From Octopus sinensis (Eukaryota): a stretch of 64,000 nucleotides of DNA. The first letter of the stretch is position 1. Every line of letters starts with the position of its first letter. Where the stretch lies: positions 15,252,001 to 15,316,000 of the forward strand of contig NC_043006.1 of assembly GCF_006345805.1 (NCBI RefSeq), in the 5' to 3' direction. The notes under the pieces were generated by a model. It was not told where the DNA came from. It ran no database searches and worked only from the letters and a program-made list of their open reading frames with translations. The position numbers and the translations under genes are program-made. This document shows, in pieces, positions 38,467-50,482 of the stretch.

Positions 38467-39674
38467 CTAGGTTTTATATCTTGTGAATAAAATGAAAAAA
38501 ACACAAAAGAAAATCAAGCTTTTCCAAATTCCATATTCATATGTATTTTTAAACAGACTGTTCAAGTTATTTTTGCATAATTCCAAATTTTCTGTATCCC
38601 TTTTTCTAATATAACTCGGGTAATTTATTTTAATTGGAACATCTTCCATCAAGAAAGTTTCAGACATTTTATAACGGTATTGTGTTCTTCGAATTTTCAC
38701 AGTATGAGATATATTTTTTAAGATTTGCAGTGCATAATAGTTAGTTAGTTTATGATCTGTAACACCAAACATAAGTAGAGAAAATTGATATAATGGGTGA
38801 GAAAATCGTTCTATTACATTGTAATATGCATACAAATAACTTTCTGTTTGTAATGATGTATTTAGTTTTTCTGCAAGTAGTCCGTTCCAAACACCATCGG
38901 GCATAAAAACATGATTGCTTAAAGAGGCAATGTACAGTTTATTAATGAAATTAATATGTGCCACGTAACCAACTCCGTCACAAAAATACGGATAATGATT
39001 ACCTTTATAAAACATTGACATGTTTATGTTTCTACGTAAGAATAAGCGTCTGTTTGTTGCACCACTTTTACGAAAACATATTGTAAAACGGTTGTCATGT
39101 CCATCAAGAGTCATATGATAATGGAGATAATGCATCAATTTGTATTGATCTACGAAAAGCTCATCATTCATAACAATGACATATTCGGCGTTGCTACAGA
39201 ATTCCACGCTCCATTTCCACGCCATTATTCCTTTTAGTGAAAGATTTGCATACGACTCTAAAAAATCTTCTTGGATGATGTCCCGGTATTTTTCACTTTC
39301 CTTCTGAACAAGGGATTGTATTGTAGAATTGTTTGTTGTACCCATTAGGAAAACCTGTTTAACAATTGTATGTGTGGAGCGTATGTCATTTGGAATATAG
39401 CGAATATTGTCCCTATGTATTTGACGTCGAGCAAAATTGTAGTAGACAGATCGAACAGCATATAGGAGAAGTATTTTTTCTTCTTTAGAACAAATATCTG
39501 GTTCGTTAATAATTTTTTTAAAGTTATGTTCGTATGGTTGTGGATTTTCATAATAGTCTTTGGGAATCTTTGAATTTTTCGGTCTTTTTATGAAAGTAAC
39601 TTTCATGTTTTTCAGTGCAGTTTTTCTTTTCTCGAAATAGGATTGATTAGAATTTTCTGATGCGTTTGCCATGC
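38467..39674 (-). CDS. Beta-1,3-galactosyltransferase-like (GT31) protein, large terminal coding exon
   Basis: Intact ORF with GT31 motifs (VFLMG, DIIQEDFLESYANLSLKGIMAWKW, CSNAEYV, YPYFCDGVGYV). Acceptor TTTTATTTCTGTTTAG|GC ATG at 39675/39674; TAG at 38467-38469. Confidence 0.85.
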
Positions 39675-41153
39675 CTAAACAGAAATAAAAGGAACTCATT
39701 AAACTACTCATAGAAATAAAAGAAAATTTCTATATTAAACAACATTATCAAAACACTGCAATTATAAAAGCCCAATCAAATGCTCAAGATCCTCTCACTG
39801 GTTTCCTTTTACTCTCGCCAAATTATGAGGTAAATTTAAGCTTCTAAAGCTAACAGATTTGCTAATATTTAAGCAACCAATAAGTACCAGTTTAGTACCT
39901 GAGTCCTTGAAATCGACTATTCCTCCTCCCTTAAATTTGCTGGCATTCGGCCCAAATTTAAAATCAATATTTCAGCTACGATTATTGCACTCATAACGAA
40001 AACTCTTCAAATTCTCTATTTGCCAGTATCTGCTTTAATCTAAATTTAATCCACTCTTTATTTGTCAGTATCTACATTAATCCACATTTTATTTCCTCAT
40101 CCATTAATATGATCAAATTCTTCATTCGCTGTGCTCTATCAGATTTATTGATTTAAATGAGAAATCGGTTATTACATTCAGTCTCTTAATCCTATGATAT
40201 ATTTCTAGGCATTCCTCCTACATCTATCTAGAAGTAACTAACAAACTTAGTTCATATATGGACTAAAATAGTTATCATGAAAAACAACTCTAGATTTACA
40301 AACTTTCACGTTATATTTCTCCCTTTCTTAAGAGAGAAAATACTAATGACTATTTTCTGGTAGATTTCTTACGCAATATCTCAAGGTATTACAAAATTAC
40401 AATTAAACAGGTTTTAGTAAAGTCTTGACAATGTATTGGTGAGTAAATTTCTCAGCAAACCTGTTTTATGTAGATTGTACGTAAAGGTATGCGCATAAAT
40501 TTAACATAATCTTCTCCTTGATATGATATCTTGTCGAAAGGCGGCGAGCTGGCAGAATCGTTAACACTCTGGGCACAATGCTTAGCGGCATTTCGCCCGG
40601 CTTTATATTCTTGTTCAAATTACGCCAAGATCGACTTTGCCTTTCATCATTTCGGGGTCGATAAAATAATAAACATTTGAGTACTGGGGGTCAATATAAT
40701 CGACTTTTCTCCTTCGTGCTACCAAATTTTGCCATTAGCATTCTTAACGTCTTTTAACTTTAGTATCTTTGAAGTAGTGTAAACATTTGTAAACATGTTT
40801 TCCTCGGCTTCAGAACTTCTCTAGTCTCCCGCAGAAGAGCAACATATTACTCGCTTACTTTTCCATTTAAATTCACCATTATGTCTACAGTTAACAGTGC
40901 ACAGTATATACTATTTCATGCTGAAAATACATCAACATACCATATTTACGAGCTAGTAAGGGGATCACTTTGTGGTGGCCGTTTGTTAGAAATATTACCC
41001 AGCGTTGTGGTAAGAAGTTTGCGTCTAAACCACAAGGTTCTGTGTTCAGTTCCACTGCATGGCATTTTAGGCAAATGCCTTCTGTTATAACCCTGCGTTT
41101 GACCAAAGCCTTGTGTGGGAATTTGATAGACGGAAACTGAAAGAAGCTCGTCG

Positions 41154-41227
<74 letters not shown>

Positions 41228-41249
41228 GTGAATGGGGAGTCATTATGAT

Positions 41250-42330
41250 CAAATAAAAGTTGTAATAGATTTACTCAACTATGATGAAAACAAATGGGTA
41301 ATATGTGTGATTCTAAAAATGGTCGACGTTTTACTTGGTCAACAAGGAGGGCATACAAAATATCCGTGTTTCCTGTGTTTATTTGATAGCTGAGCAAGAA
41401 ACAAACATAAGGAACAGAAACTCTGTCTAGTTAGGAAAATTTTGACTGTTGGGGAGAAGAATATCATACACCAACCGCTTGTTGAGCGGGAGAAAGTCAT
41501 GTCCCTACCCCTTTATATAAAACAAGGACTAATGAAGCAATCTTCAAAGCTGCTAATGTGGAAGGTAACTATTTCAAATTAATTCATATGTACAACATTT
41601 CCTGACCTGAGATATAAAATAACGGCTGGTGTTTTTGATGGGCTACAAATTAGAATGTTGAGGAAATGCCAGAATTTCTCAAGCTCGATAACTGACTTAG
41701 AAAAAAGAGCATTGGATTAATTTGTGGCTGTTGTGAAAGGATTTTGGGGTATTGAAAAGGCTGCAAACTACAAGGATTTGGTAGAGAGATTACTTGATAG
41801 ATTTCATGTTTTAGGCTTCATTTCTTTAATAGTCATCTTGATGAATTTCCTGCTTATGTCAGAGACGTAAAGCGATGAGCATGGTGAGCGTTTTCGTCAA
41901 GCAATCAAGATTATGGAGGAGAAATATCACACTCGTGATGGCAGATTACTGTTGGTGTATTCAAAGAGACTGCGTAGACATGAAATACTCCACATGTTCT
42001 CGCAAGCGGAAATTTCTTCCGTGAGTATGAAGGTATGTGTATGATGGTTCGTGTTTGATCCATCATATTAGAGAATCAACAATATGTATTTATGAAAAGG
42101 TGATGCTACCTTAGATTTCATTTATAATTTCATATTTTATTGACATCATGACTTATGGTTTGAAGCTATAGGTTTAGTAAACTATCCTCACCAAGTAAAT
42201 TATTTATACAGTGCATCATAAAATAGGGTTATGCTATGGAATGAAAACCTGATGTGTTAGAAAAAAATGGTCACCATATTTGAAATCAGCATCTCAAAAT
42301 TAACTAAAAGCAACCACAAAACCGAAGTCT
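41250..42330 (+). mobile_element. Decayed DNA transposon, probably Chapaev3/CMC type
   Basis: Broken translation TKYPCFLCLFDS..PLYIKQGLMKQ..GVFDGLQIRML..SDEHGERFRQAIK..DYCW; family assignment is from recalled motif pattern only. Confidence 0.6.
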
Positions 42331-43269
42331 CCAAAAGTTAAGCACACGAATGTTTAAATAAAATTTGACTATCTGCTACAATTTCAAGTTATGAAAAAAG
42401 CAAATGTCATTAAGGAAGATGTGTCATATATATATAAAAAAAACCCAAACCAGACCAAAACGAAAGAAAACCAAATAAAAAAACAGCGCCTAAAACTTAC
42501 ATTCTTTGTGTATGTTTACTGTAGCTTATCACGCACGTTTGATATATCTGAGCATTGCCTAAAGAGTACTAGGCTTTTTCTGGAGTGTCAAAATATATTT
42601 CATCTCTAAACATAGCAATGTAGTTTCAGCAAGTGACAAATAGAAAGTTGTATGAAATACTGTTCTTAGATCAGGGTCAATCACTTAACTTCTTCAGCTA
42701 ATTCAAAGAACAGTGAAGCGTGACAATGTGTACGGCATTAGAAATGATAAAAATAATTTCATTAAGATATATTATGATATGAGACGTGTTTCTCCGTCCG
42801 TTCTTCACACACAACATTCAAAGCAAAATGAATTGTTTACGAATGAGGATGTTTGGGATATGATATTTCACTGAAATGTTACGTTAAGTTTGCGGACAAA
42901 AATATTATATATAAATTTCCATTTGACACTCATTGTCAGCTACAAATATGTATATACTGAGTATGTTAAAATATGAAATAAAGTATTTTAAAAATAAACA
43001 TGTTTAGTTAAACAATATTAAAAAAATATTTTTTGAACCTTCCTAGAAAATTCCAACTTAAATTTCAGTAATCTACCCAATTAAAAAGTGCCTAATATAA
43101 TTGCTTCCTTAGTCCTTGTTTAATATAAAGGGGTAGGGGATGACTTTCTCCCGCTCAGCAAGCGGTTAGTGTATGAAATTCTTCTTCCCATCAGTCAAAC
43201 TTTCGCCACTGGAAGTTACTTGATGCATCTCTCAGGCATCAGTATGCTGATCGGCGTTGTCGAGTGTAG

Positions 43270-44047
43270 ACCTACTGCCACGTAGTGCGTCTTTGCTTTG
43301 CAGTGCTTCTCCCCCGTTCGTCGATTTTTGCGACGGCTGAAACGAAGGAACAGCGTGCTTCCGTAAAATCCTGTTTTCCGCTGGAGAAAACGGCGGCCGA
43401 AATAGTTGTCATGCTCCTAACAGTTTACAATGACGCAGTCATGAGCAAAATACAAGTTTACGAGTGCTTTTTAAGCTTTAAGAATGGTCACTTGTTGCTT
43501 GAAGACCAACCTCGCTCAGTGCATCCGTAGAGCTTTTGGACGAATGAAGACATCACGAAAATTCATGAACTGATTTGAGAGGACTGTCTCCGAACAATTG
43601 ACGAACTTATTAATATGACTGGTGTGTTCTGGAGCTCTTACCAACGACTTTTGAGCGAGGAATTGCGAATGAAAAGAGTTGCAGGAAAATTTGTGCCTTG
43701 CTTGCTCACGGAAGATCAAAAGAAGTCACGACCGAATGCGTGTCGCAAACTGAAAGAACAGTTGGAAATTAATCCGGACCTTTATTTGGAAGCTCATCAC
43801 TGTTGACAAAAGCTGGTGCTACGGAATTTGCAGATGTGGAGGAGGGGAAGAAATAAAAGCGACTGAGGTTAAAAGGCGTCATTTGGCAAGGGTTCCAACA
43901 CTGCTTCGAACAGTGGAAAACGCGTCTGGACCGATGCATTGCTTCAAATGGAGAATTATTTGAAGGCGATAAAAAGTGTAAATATGTAAAACTAAGTGAA
44001 TAAAATATTATTGCAAAATTTCGGCTTCTTTTGAGTACCCCCTCGTA
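43270..44047 (+). mobile_element. Internally deleted mariner relic
   Basis: KEQRASVKSCF..EKTAAE..EDQPRS and MKRVAGKFVPCLLTEDQKK; 3' TIR TTTGAGTACCCCCTCG|TA. Confidence 0.8.
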
Positions 44048-44749
44048 GTCAAGCTTTCCGGATACAAATTGACCATGCAATGTTAATGACATGAACCTGG
44101 TGTAAAAAGAGATAATAATGAAGTTAAAGTATAGTTACCTGTTCTAAATGACTGCAGCGACGAAATCATGGCACAAAACATAATGCAAGTTTTCGTTAAG
44201 GGCAACATATTTGATTCTATAATAATAAAACAAAAATCATATGAGAATTGTAATACATTCTATCGATCGAATGTTGATCTGTAAAATGTTTTTTGTGTGT
44301 TTGTTAAAGACAACAGAGTAAGATATCTCATGTGAATTTTTAATCCAACGAAAACAGAAATTTATGTAACATACCAAAAACAACTATGTGCTACGTTTAT
44401 ATGGTATAATATAATACGATATAATGAAATGTAAGATTACACTATATAATCTAATATAATGTAATATATCATCTAATATAATATAATATAAAAGTATATG
44501 ATATAATATAAATAATATAATATAGTGTAATATAATACATATATCGCTACATAGAGAAAAAATTTCCCCCTTAACCACACACATGATGTTCGTCTTCTCC
44601 ATAAACACTACCCATATAAGAGAACACCATAAGACCACATCCTACTTAATTGTGGATAATACTCAACAAGATCCCTTCTAATCAATCAAATGTTGAGTCT
44701 GGGTATCACCAAGTACCACCCGTAGTAAAAGTCCATGTTAGCATCATAA

Positions 44750-45575
44750 CTGATGGCAGATAAAAAGCAAGTGACGTTATTGAAAAAGTCCAAGTTCTCA
44801 CAAGTAAAAGAAATACAAGAAATATTGCAAAACATTTCGAAGTAAGAGATAAAGTTCATTTAAAAAATTACAAAAATGGTCAAGAAAGTTGGGAGGATGG
44901 CAGTATAATCAAAAGATCAGGTAACGTGATGTATTTAATTAAAGGCCATCGTTCGAAACATAAGAGACACTTTAACCAGTTAAAGATGAGACATACTGAA
45001 AAACGAAGGGTAATGCCAATGAAAATCTTGTATGATATGTTTGAAGTGCCAGCAGCGAGAGATATCGAACCCCGTAGAACTAGCTTCAGAATATCTGGAA
45101 GTAATTACCTAAACGAAAAAGATATTAAATTCCACCCTCACAAAAATAAAAAAAGAGAGAAAAAAAAAGAAGAGTGCTTAGTACAAGAAGGAAAAGTTCT
45201 GTGTGCAACGAACAATACTACCATAAAATTCGGGCAACACTTACGATACAAGAGCTAAAAAAAGTGGAGGAGGTGCTGGAAAGAAAAAAATAAAAGAACT
45301 TCCACTTTCTCACAGTTGTCGAAATCTCAAAAGGGGAGATGTTGTGATATGAGTTACGACGTCCCTTGGTCCGTGTAAAGTATGAATAATAACGATCGGA
45401 ACGAGTTCGTAGTCGAGTGGAGTTTGTGTTAGTTTGCAGTGAAGTCGGCAGACATTGGTTGGTTATTTCACAAGTAATATTGATTGTTGGTTCGTAAAGA
45501 GATGTGTTAGTTCGTTATATTGTTGCTACGGTTCTCTGGTTATCTTATTTGTTGTACGCAACTAATTACGTTACA
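44750..45575 (+). mobile_element. Ty3/Gypsy 3' end with PPT and 3' LTR (45340-45575)
   Basis: Integrase C-terminal WEDGSIIKRSGNVMYLIK..HKRHFNQLK; polypurine tract AAAAGGGGAGA (45329-45339) directly before TGTTG...TTACA. Confidence 0.8.
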
Positions 45576-45577
45576 TC

Positions 45578-45900
45578 ATAAGCGGAAAGTGTAACCTCCC
45601 GAAAGAGCTGTTCTTCACTCCTGCTCCAGAGCGTCGGCTGCGGGGTCATTCCGAAAAGCTCTACCTGCGACGATTTCATCTCAATCGAAGGAGAGGAGCT
45701 TTCTCCGTCCGGGTTGCGGATCCGTGGAACAAGCTGCCAGACGAGATGGTAAAGATGCCGACGACCGCTTTGTTCAAAGTCTCCCTGGACCTCAAGTGGC
45801 CTGAACTCTTTACATGAACACCACCCTGTACTTAACTCCATGTCCCCCTACATGGCCTTGCTATTTGCTTTTGAGCCAAATTAACTAACTAAACTAACAT
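45578..45900 (+). mobile_element. CR1/L2-like LINE 3' end
   Basis: RRLRGHSEKLYLRRFHLNRRRGAFSVRVADPWNKLP..FKVSLD*, 3' UTR and (CTAA)-like tail. Confidence 0.8.
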
Positions 45901-45949
45901 GTAGCTAGGACACTGTGTATCGAGATCTGTCGGAAGGATAACTCCGACG

Positions 45950-46380
45950 ACAAAGAAATAAGAACCCACAGTATGGTGGAAGCCATAGCCACTCAATAAA
46001 AAGAAGTATTAGTGAAATGTCCCATCAATAAAATGTAAACATAACAGACCTGACATAATGATTTGGAATAGAGAAGAGAAATTGTGTACAGTTGTGGAAA
46101 TCAACTGCTCAGTAGTTGTTAACATAAAGCTACAGATCAGTGAAAAAGAAAATACCTACGAGAAATTTGCAGTTACTCTATCCAATTTACAAGTTCATGT
46201 TTATACCTGTAATTTTTGGCGTACTGGCATATGTAACACAGTACCTAATACCAATCTTGGCAAATAAGGCTCCCCAAAGCCAGAAAGGAGAATGCTGATT
46301 CGAAGACTGCAGAACCAGTCCTCGCTGGAACTGTAAAAATCCGTCAAACTTTCCAGACGTTTATTAGGTGTACACGACCA
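45950..46380 (+). mobile_element. RLE-endonuclease LINE 3' end (R2/R4-group like)
   Basis: KHNRPDIMIWNREEKLCTVVEI..KISEKENTY (PD-(D/E)xK) and GTVKI..TFQ. Confidence 0.75.
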
Positions 46381-46546
46381 TGTCTAGATATGCAACTATA
46401 TGCATGAGAATACATACATAAAACAAAACATAAAAATCGGCACATGTACATACATTCATGCATTCATACATACAAAAATACCCTGTTGATGTTGAAATTC
46501 CAATGAAGGAGCCTTGGGATCTAGCTTAGAATCCGGCTATATATAT

Positions 46547-46641
<95 letters not shown>

Positions 46642-46649
46642 CAACTCCA

Positions 46650-47500
46650 GTCTGATCTATATGCTGTGAGTCAATGGGCAGACAGAAACAAAATGCAACT
46701 GAATGAGGGAAAATTTGAGCTAATGCATTTTGAAAGAAATTCCTCACTAAAACAACCATACTCTCTTCTTTCAGGGGAACCGCTCACAGCCTCTAACAAT
46801 ATCAGAGACCTGGGTGTAATTGTTGATGACGATCTCAGTTGGAGTGCACACATCAACAAGAAGGTCGATATAGCTCGTAGGATGAGTTCCTGGATCTTAA
46901 GAACTTTCCGGTCCAGAGAACAAGGTGTCATCATACCACTTTTTTCCTCCTTTGTACGGCCACACCTTGAATACTGCTGCCCACTGTGGTCTCCTCACAC
47001 AAGACAAAACATCTCCAGAATTGAGTCACCCCAGAGGGCTCTCACTAAACAAATTGAAGGCATGGCTGCTCTCGATTATTGGATCGCCTTAAAGCCTTGA
47101 AACTTTACTCCCTCCAGCGTCGCCGTGAGCGGTACATCATTTGTACGATGTGGAAAATATACCGCCAACTTTGCCCAAACGACCTAAACATTAGCTTCAA
47201 AGTTCATCCAAGACTTGGACCACAGGCTATACATCCCCTGCCCAATTCAAGATCACAACATACATGTACACTGCAACATAATTTCTTTTCCTCAACAGGC
47301 CCTGCCCTATTTAACATTGTCCCGAGGGAGATCAAAGAGGAAAAGGATCCCATCAACTTTAAACAGAGTCTGGATAGATTCCTTCAAAGAATACCAGATA
47401 AGCCACCCATAATTCGATACAACTCACCCAACAAGAACTCACTACTTGAACAAAACTGGATACAACTCACCCAACAAGAACTCACTACTTGAACAAAACT
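46650..47500 (+). mobile_element. CR1/Jockey-group LINE 3' fragment, frameshifted near 47085
   Basis: WADRNKMQLNEGK, RDLGVIVD, VRPHLEYC..WSP, SLQRRRERY, LFNIVP; ends in a 43-bp tandem duplication. Confidence 0.9.
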
Positions 47501-47531
47501 TGACTTAAACAGGATTCGAATAATCCTATCT

Positions 47532-47627
47532 GCCTAAGTGCAACTGTACGTATCAAACAACGTACGCTCATACATATATACAACGGTATGAGCGTACGTT
47601 GTTTGATACGTACAGTTGCACTTAGGC
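47532..47627. repeat. Perfect 42-bp inverted repeat with 12-nt spacer
   Basis: 47532-47573 is the exact reverse complement of 47586-47627. Confidence 0.95.
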
Positions 47628-48710
47628 GTTGTATCCATTCACGGTTAGACGATGATGAGAGGAACAAACACACACCCACACATATATATATATGTGTGTG
47701 CGTCTATACAAACATGTATGTGAATATGTATACAACCTTCAACGAAGTAACAGTCATGTACACAACTTGGACGGACACATGCCAGTACACGGACATACGT
47801 TCACATACACATACACATGTACACACTCTCACAGACACGTATGCCCATTCTCCTAGACACTCACATACATATGTAGCACATGGATACAAACATACATACA
47901 TACCTACGTATGGGCATACACACGTACATACGCACGTACATGTACGCACACACATACATGGGCACATGCATACGAGCGCGTATACATACATACGCACATG
48001 CGTACGTATGTACATACACACATACATACACACATACATACATACATACATACATACATACATACATACATACATACATACATACATACATACATACGCA
48101 CATACATACATACATACGCACAATAGTAAAACAATAGTTCTGTGATATAGAGATAAAGATCTGATAATAGATTTTAGGGTATAGTTTTGGGAGTAAGCGT
48201 CGTAAATCACTTTCTAGCTTCGGCCAGAGGAAGTTGAAATTTGATAGCTTTGTGATGAGTGGTCACTCTACATCCATCCATCTCTACAGGTTTATAGCTT
48301 TATGTTTATAGAGTGTATGTGCGTGCATATACACACACATACATATATACATACATACATACATACATGCATATACAGGCGTATGTACGTACATGCATAC
48401 GTACATACATACACACATGTACGCATACATACACACATACATACGTACATATATATGACGAACTAACTGTTACTTTCTCAGATGCAGCACGGATTTTTGT
48501 CAGTGAACAGGTCGCGGATTTTAGCGACGAAAATATTTTGACAAATTAAACTTAAATGTTGAAGTGAATCGAACGGCTTTTGTGTGTTTCTTAAATGGCT
48601 TATAAACACCTTCCACGCTGCAATTGTCTTCGTTTCAGCACACGATCTCAGATCAAATTATTTGCTATGCGAGTACATCTCTTATATATATATATATATA
48701 TATAATATAT

Positions 48711-48741
<31 letters not shown>

Positions 48742-49187
48742 CGTCTTCGCTACGTAAGGTTGGTAGTTTATTTATGATGTGTTCAGAATCAGTTCTGCTG
48801 ATGATCATAAGACGTAAGTTGAATGTGAAATCACGGTGATACAGAACTAAATTCATTTTTTAAATGTCTTGCTTTGAAAAACTGCATTTAGGTATGATTA
48901 GTATAATTTGGGTAGTAATGACTTTGTCCCTCTTAGTGTGAGGCATTTATGTGTAATAATGCCCTCTATACAATATAGATATAATTAATTTGTTCAAAAG
49001 AAAAAAATTATTTTCGAATTCTTTTCTTTTTATGAGGTTTTCACGCTAACTACCCGATAATTTCTTGTTAAGATCCCTTATTAAGAGATTATCCTTAATT
49101 GTTAAACTTATATATATATATATATATAAATATATATATGTATATAAATATATATATATATACACACACATATATGCATATATATAT

Positions 49188-49226
<39 letters not shown>

Positions 49227-49358
49227 ACACACACGCATATATATATATGTGTGTGTACAAAATAAGAAAATGGAGGAATAGATTCTTTCAATCATCAACT
49301 TCCAGATAATACCAATTCATATATATATTAACTAATTATTTATATATATATATGTATA

Positions 49359-49416
<58 letters not shown>

Positions 49417-49422
49417 ATATAT

Positions 49423-49738
49423 ATCACCGTGATCACCGCGACCGACCAGGCTATCAGATTTTGCTACACATCGCTGGTCACAATGCGCTTCGCATTGCTT
49501 TAGTCTTCAAATGACGACACCCCGCTGGCTAAGCGAGCGAGCAGCAGGCAAACAGAAGAAAGAGTGAGAGAAAGTTGTGGCGAAAGAGTACAGCAGGCAC
49601 CGCCCCACCCCTGCCGGAGCTTCGTGGAGCTTTGGGTGTTTTCGCTCAATAAACACTCACAACGCCCGGTCTGGGAATCGAAACCGCGATCCTACGACCG
49701 CGAGTCCGCTTCCCTAACCACTGGCCATTGCACCTCCA
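49423..49738 (-). mobile_element. SINE family C', full length
   Basis: Family C head with C' tail; 3' end runs into (TA)n. Confidence 0.85.
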
Positions 49739-50482
49739 TGGAGCTGAACGAAGATTGTACAGAATTCCTTTTATTACATTCTACACATGTTTCAAAGGCC
49801 ACAATTTTCCAAATTCTGATTAAATAAGGATGCCATATTGCAGCTTTCTCTTCAGGAAAAACCAGGAATTACGTTGTCAGAACAAAACAAAACAAAGGCG
49901 CAGCAAAGCAATTCGAACGAGGACGCTCCTTAAGAGCCCATGGGTAAAATGTTTATCAATGTATTGGTGGGGGCCGACAAAAGGTCCGTTGGAATAAATC
50001 CAGGTCAGGCCGCGGTCAAATCTAGTAGGTGAGGAATTAATGAGAACAAGGGGTGTGGAGATGTTCTATGTGACCAAAGCTAATGTTCTGAATATATTAA
50101 GAATACAGGGTGTATTTTTTTGGGTGCGAGACAATACCTACCTAAAAGCATGTATGTGTATACTAGCCTATGTGTGCGCCGCCGTATGTTGGCGAGGGGC
50201 GCTAGATAATGAGCACTGCTGAAAAAAGCCTGTCAGGCGGCTGAAATAATTCTGTGTTCGTGTGTCCGTCTGTGGCCTGCCTATCTAAAATTATCATCGT
50301 CAAAGAATCAGGAGGGTAAATAATTCCAGCGTTTGCTTCTAAAAAACCGACCAATCGCCTAAGGGGAGTAACTTCCCCTTGCAAGAGTTATTCAGAGATT
50401 TTTTAAAAACTTTTTTCCAAAAATTATTTCCAAAAATTATTTTCATTTTAATAGTGTATCAAGGTGTTAATTGTCTTAGGTA

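Noticed and set aside
44614-44637. Minus-strand peptide WSYGVLLY resembling kinase subdomain IX
   Set aside because: No preceding D, a stop two codons later, no other kinase motifs or splice sites; likely chance.
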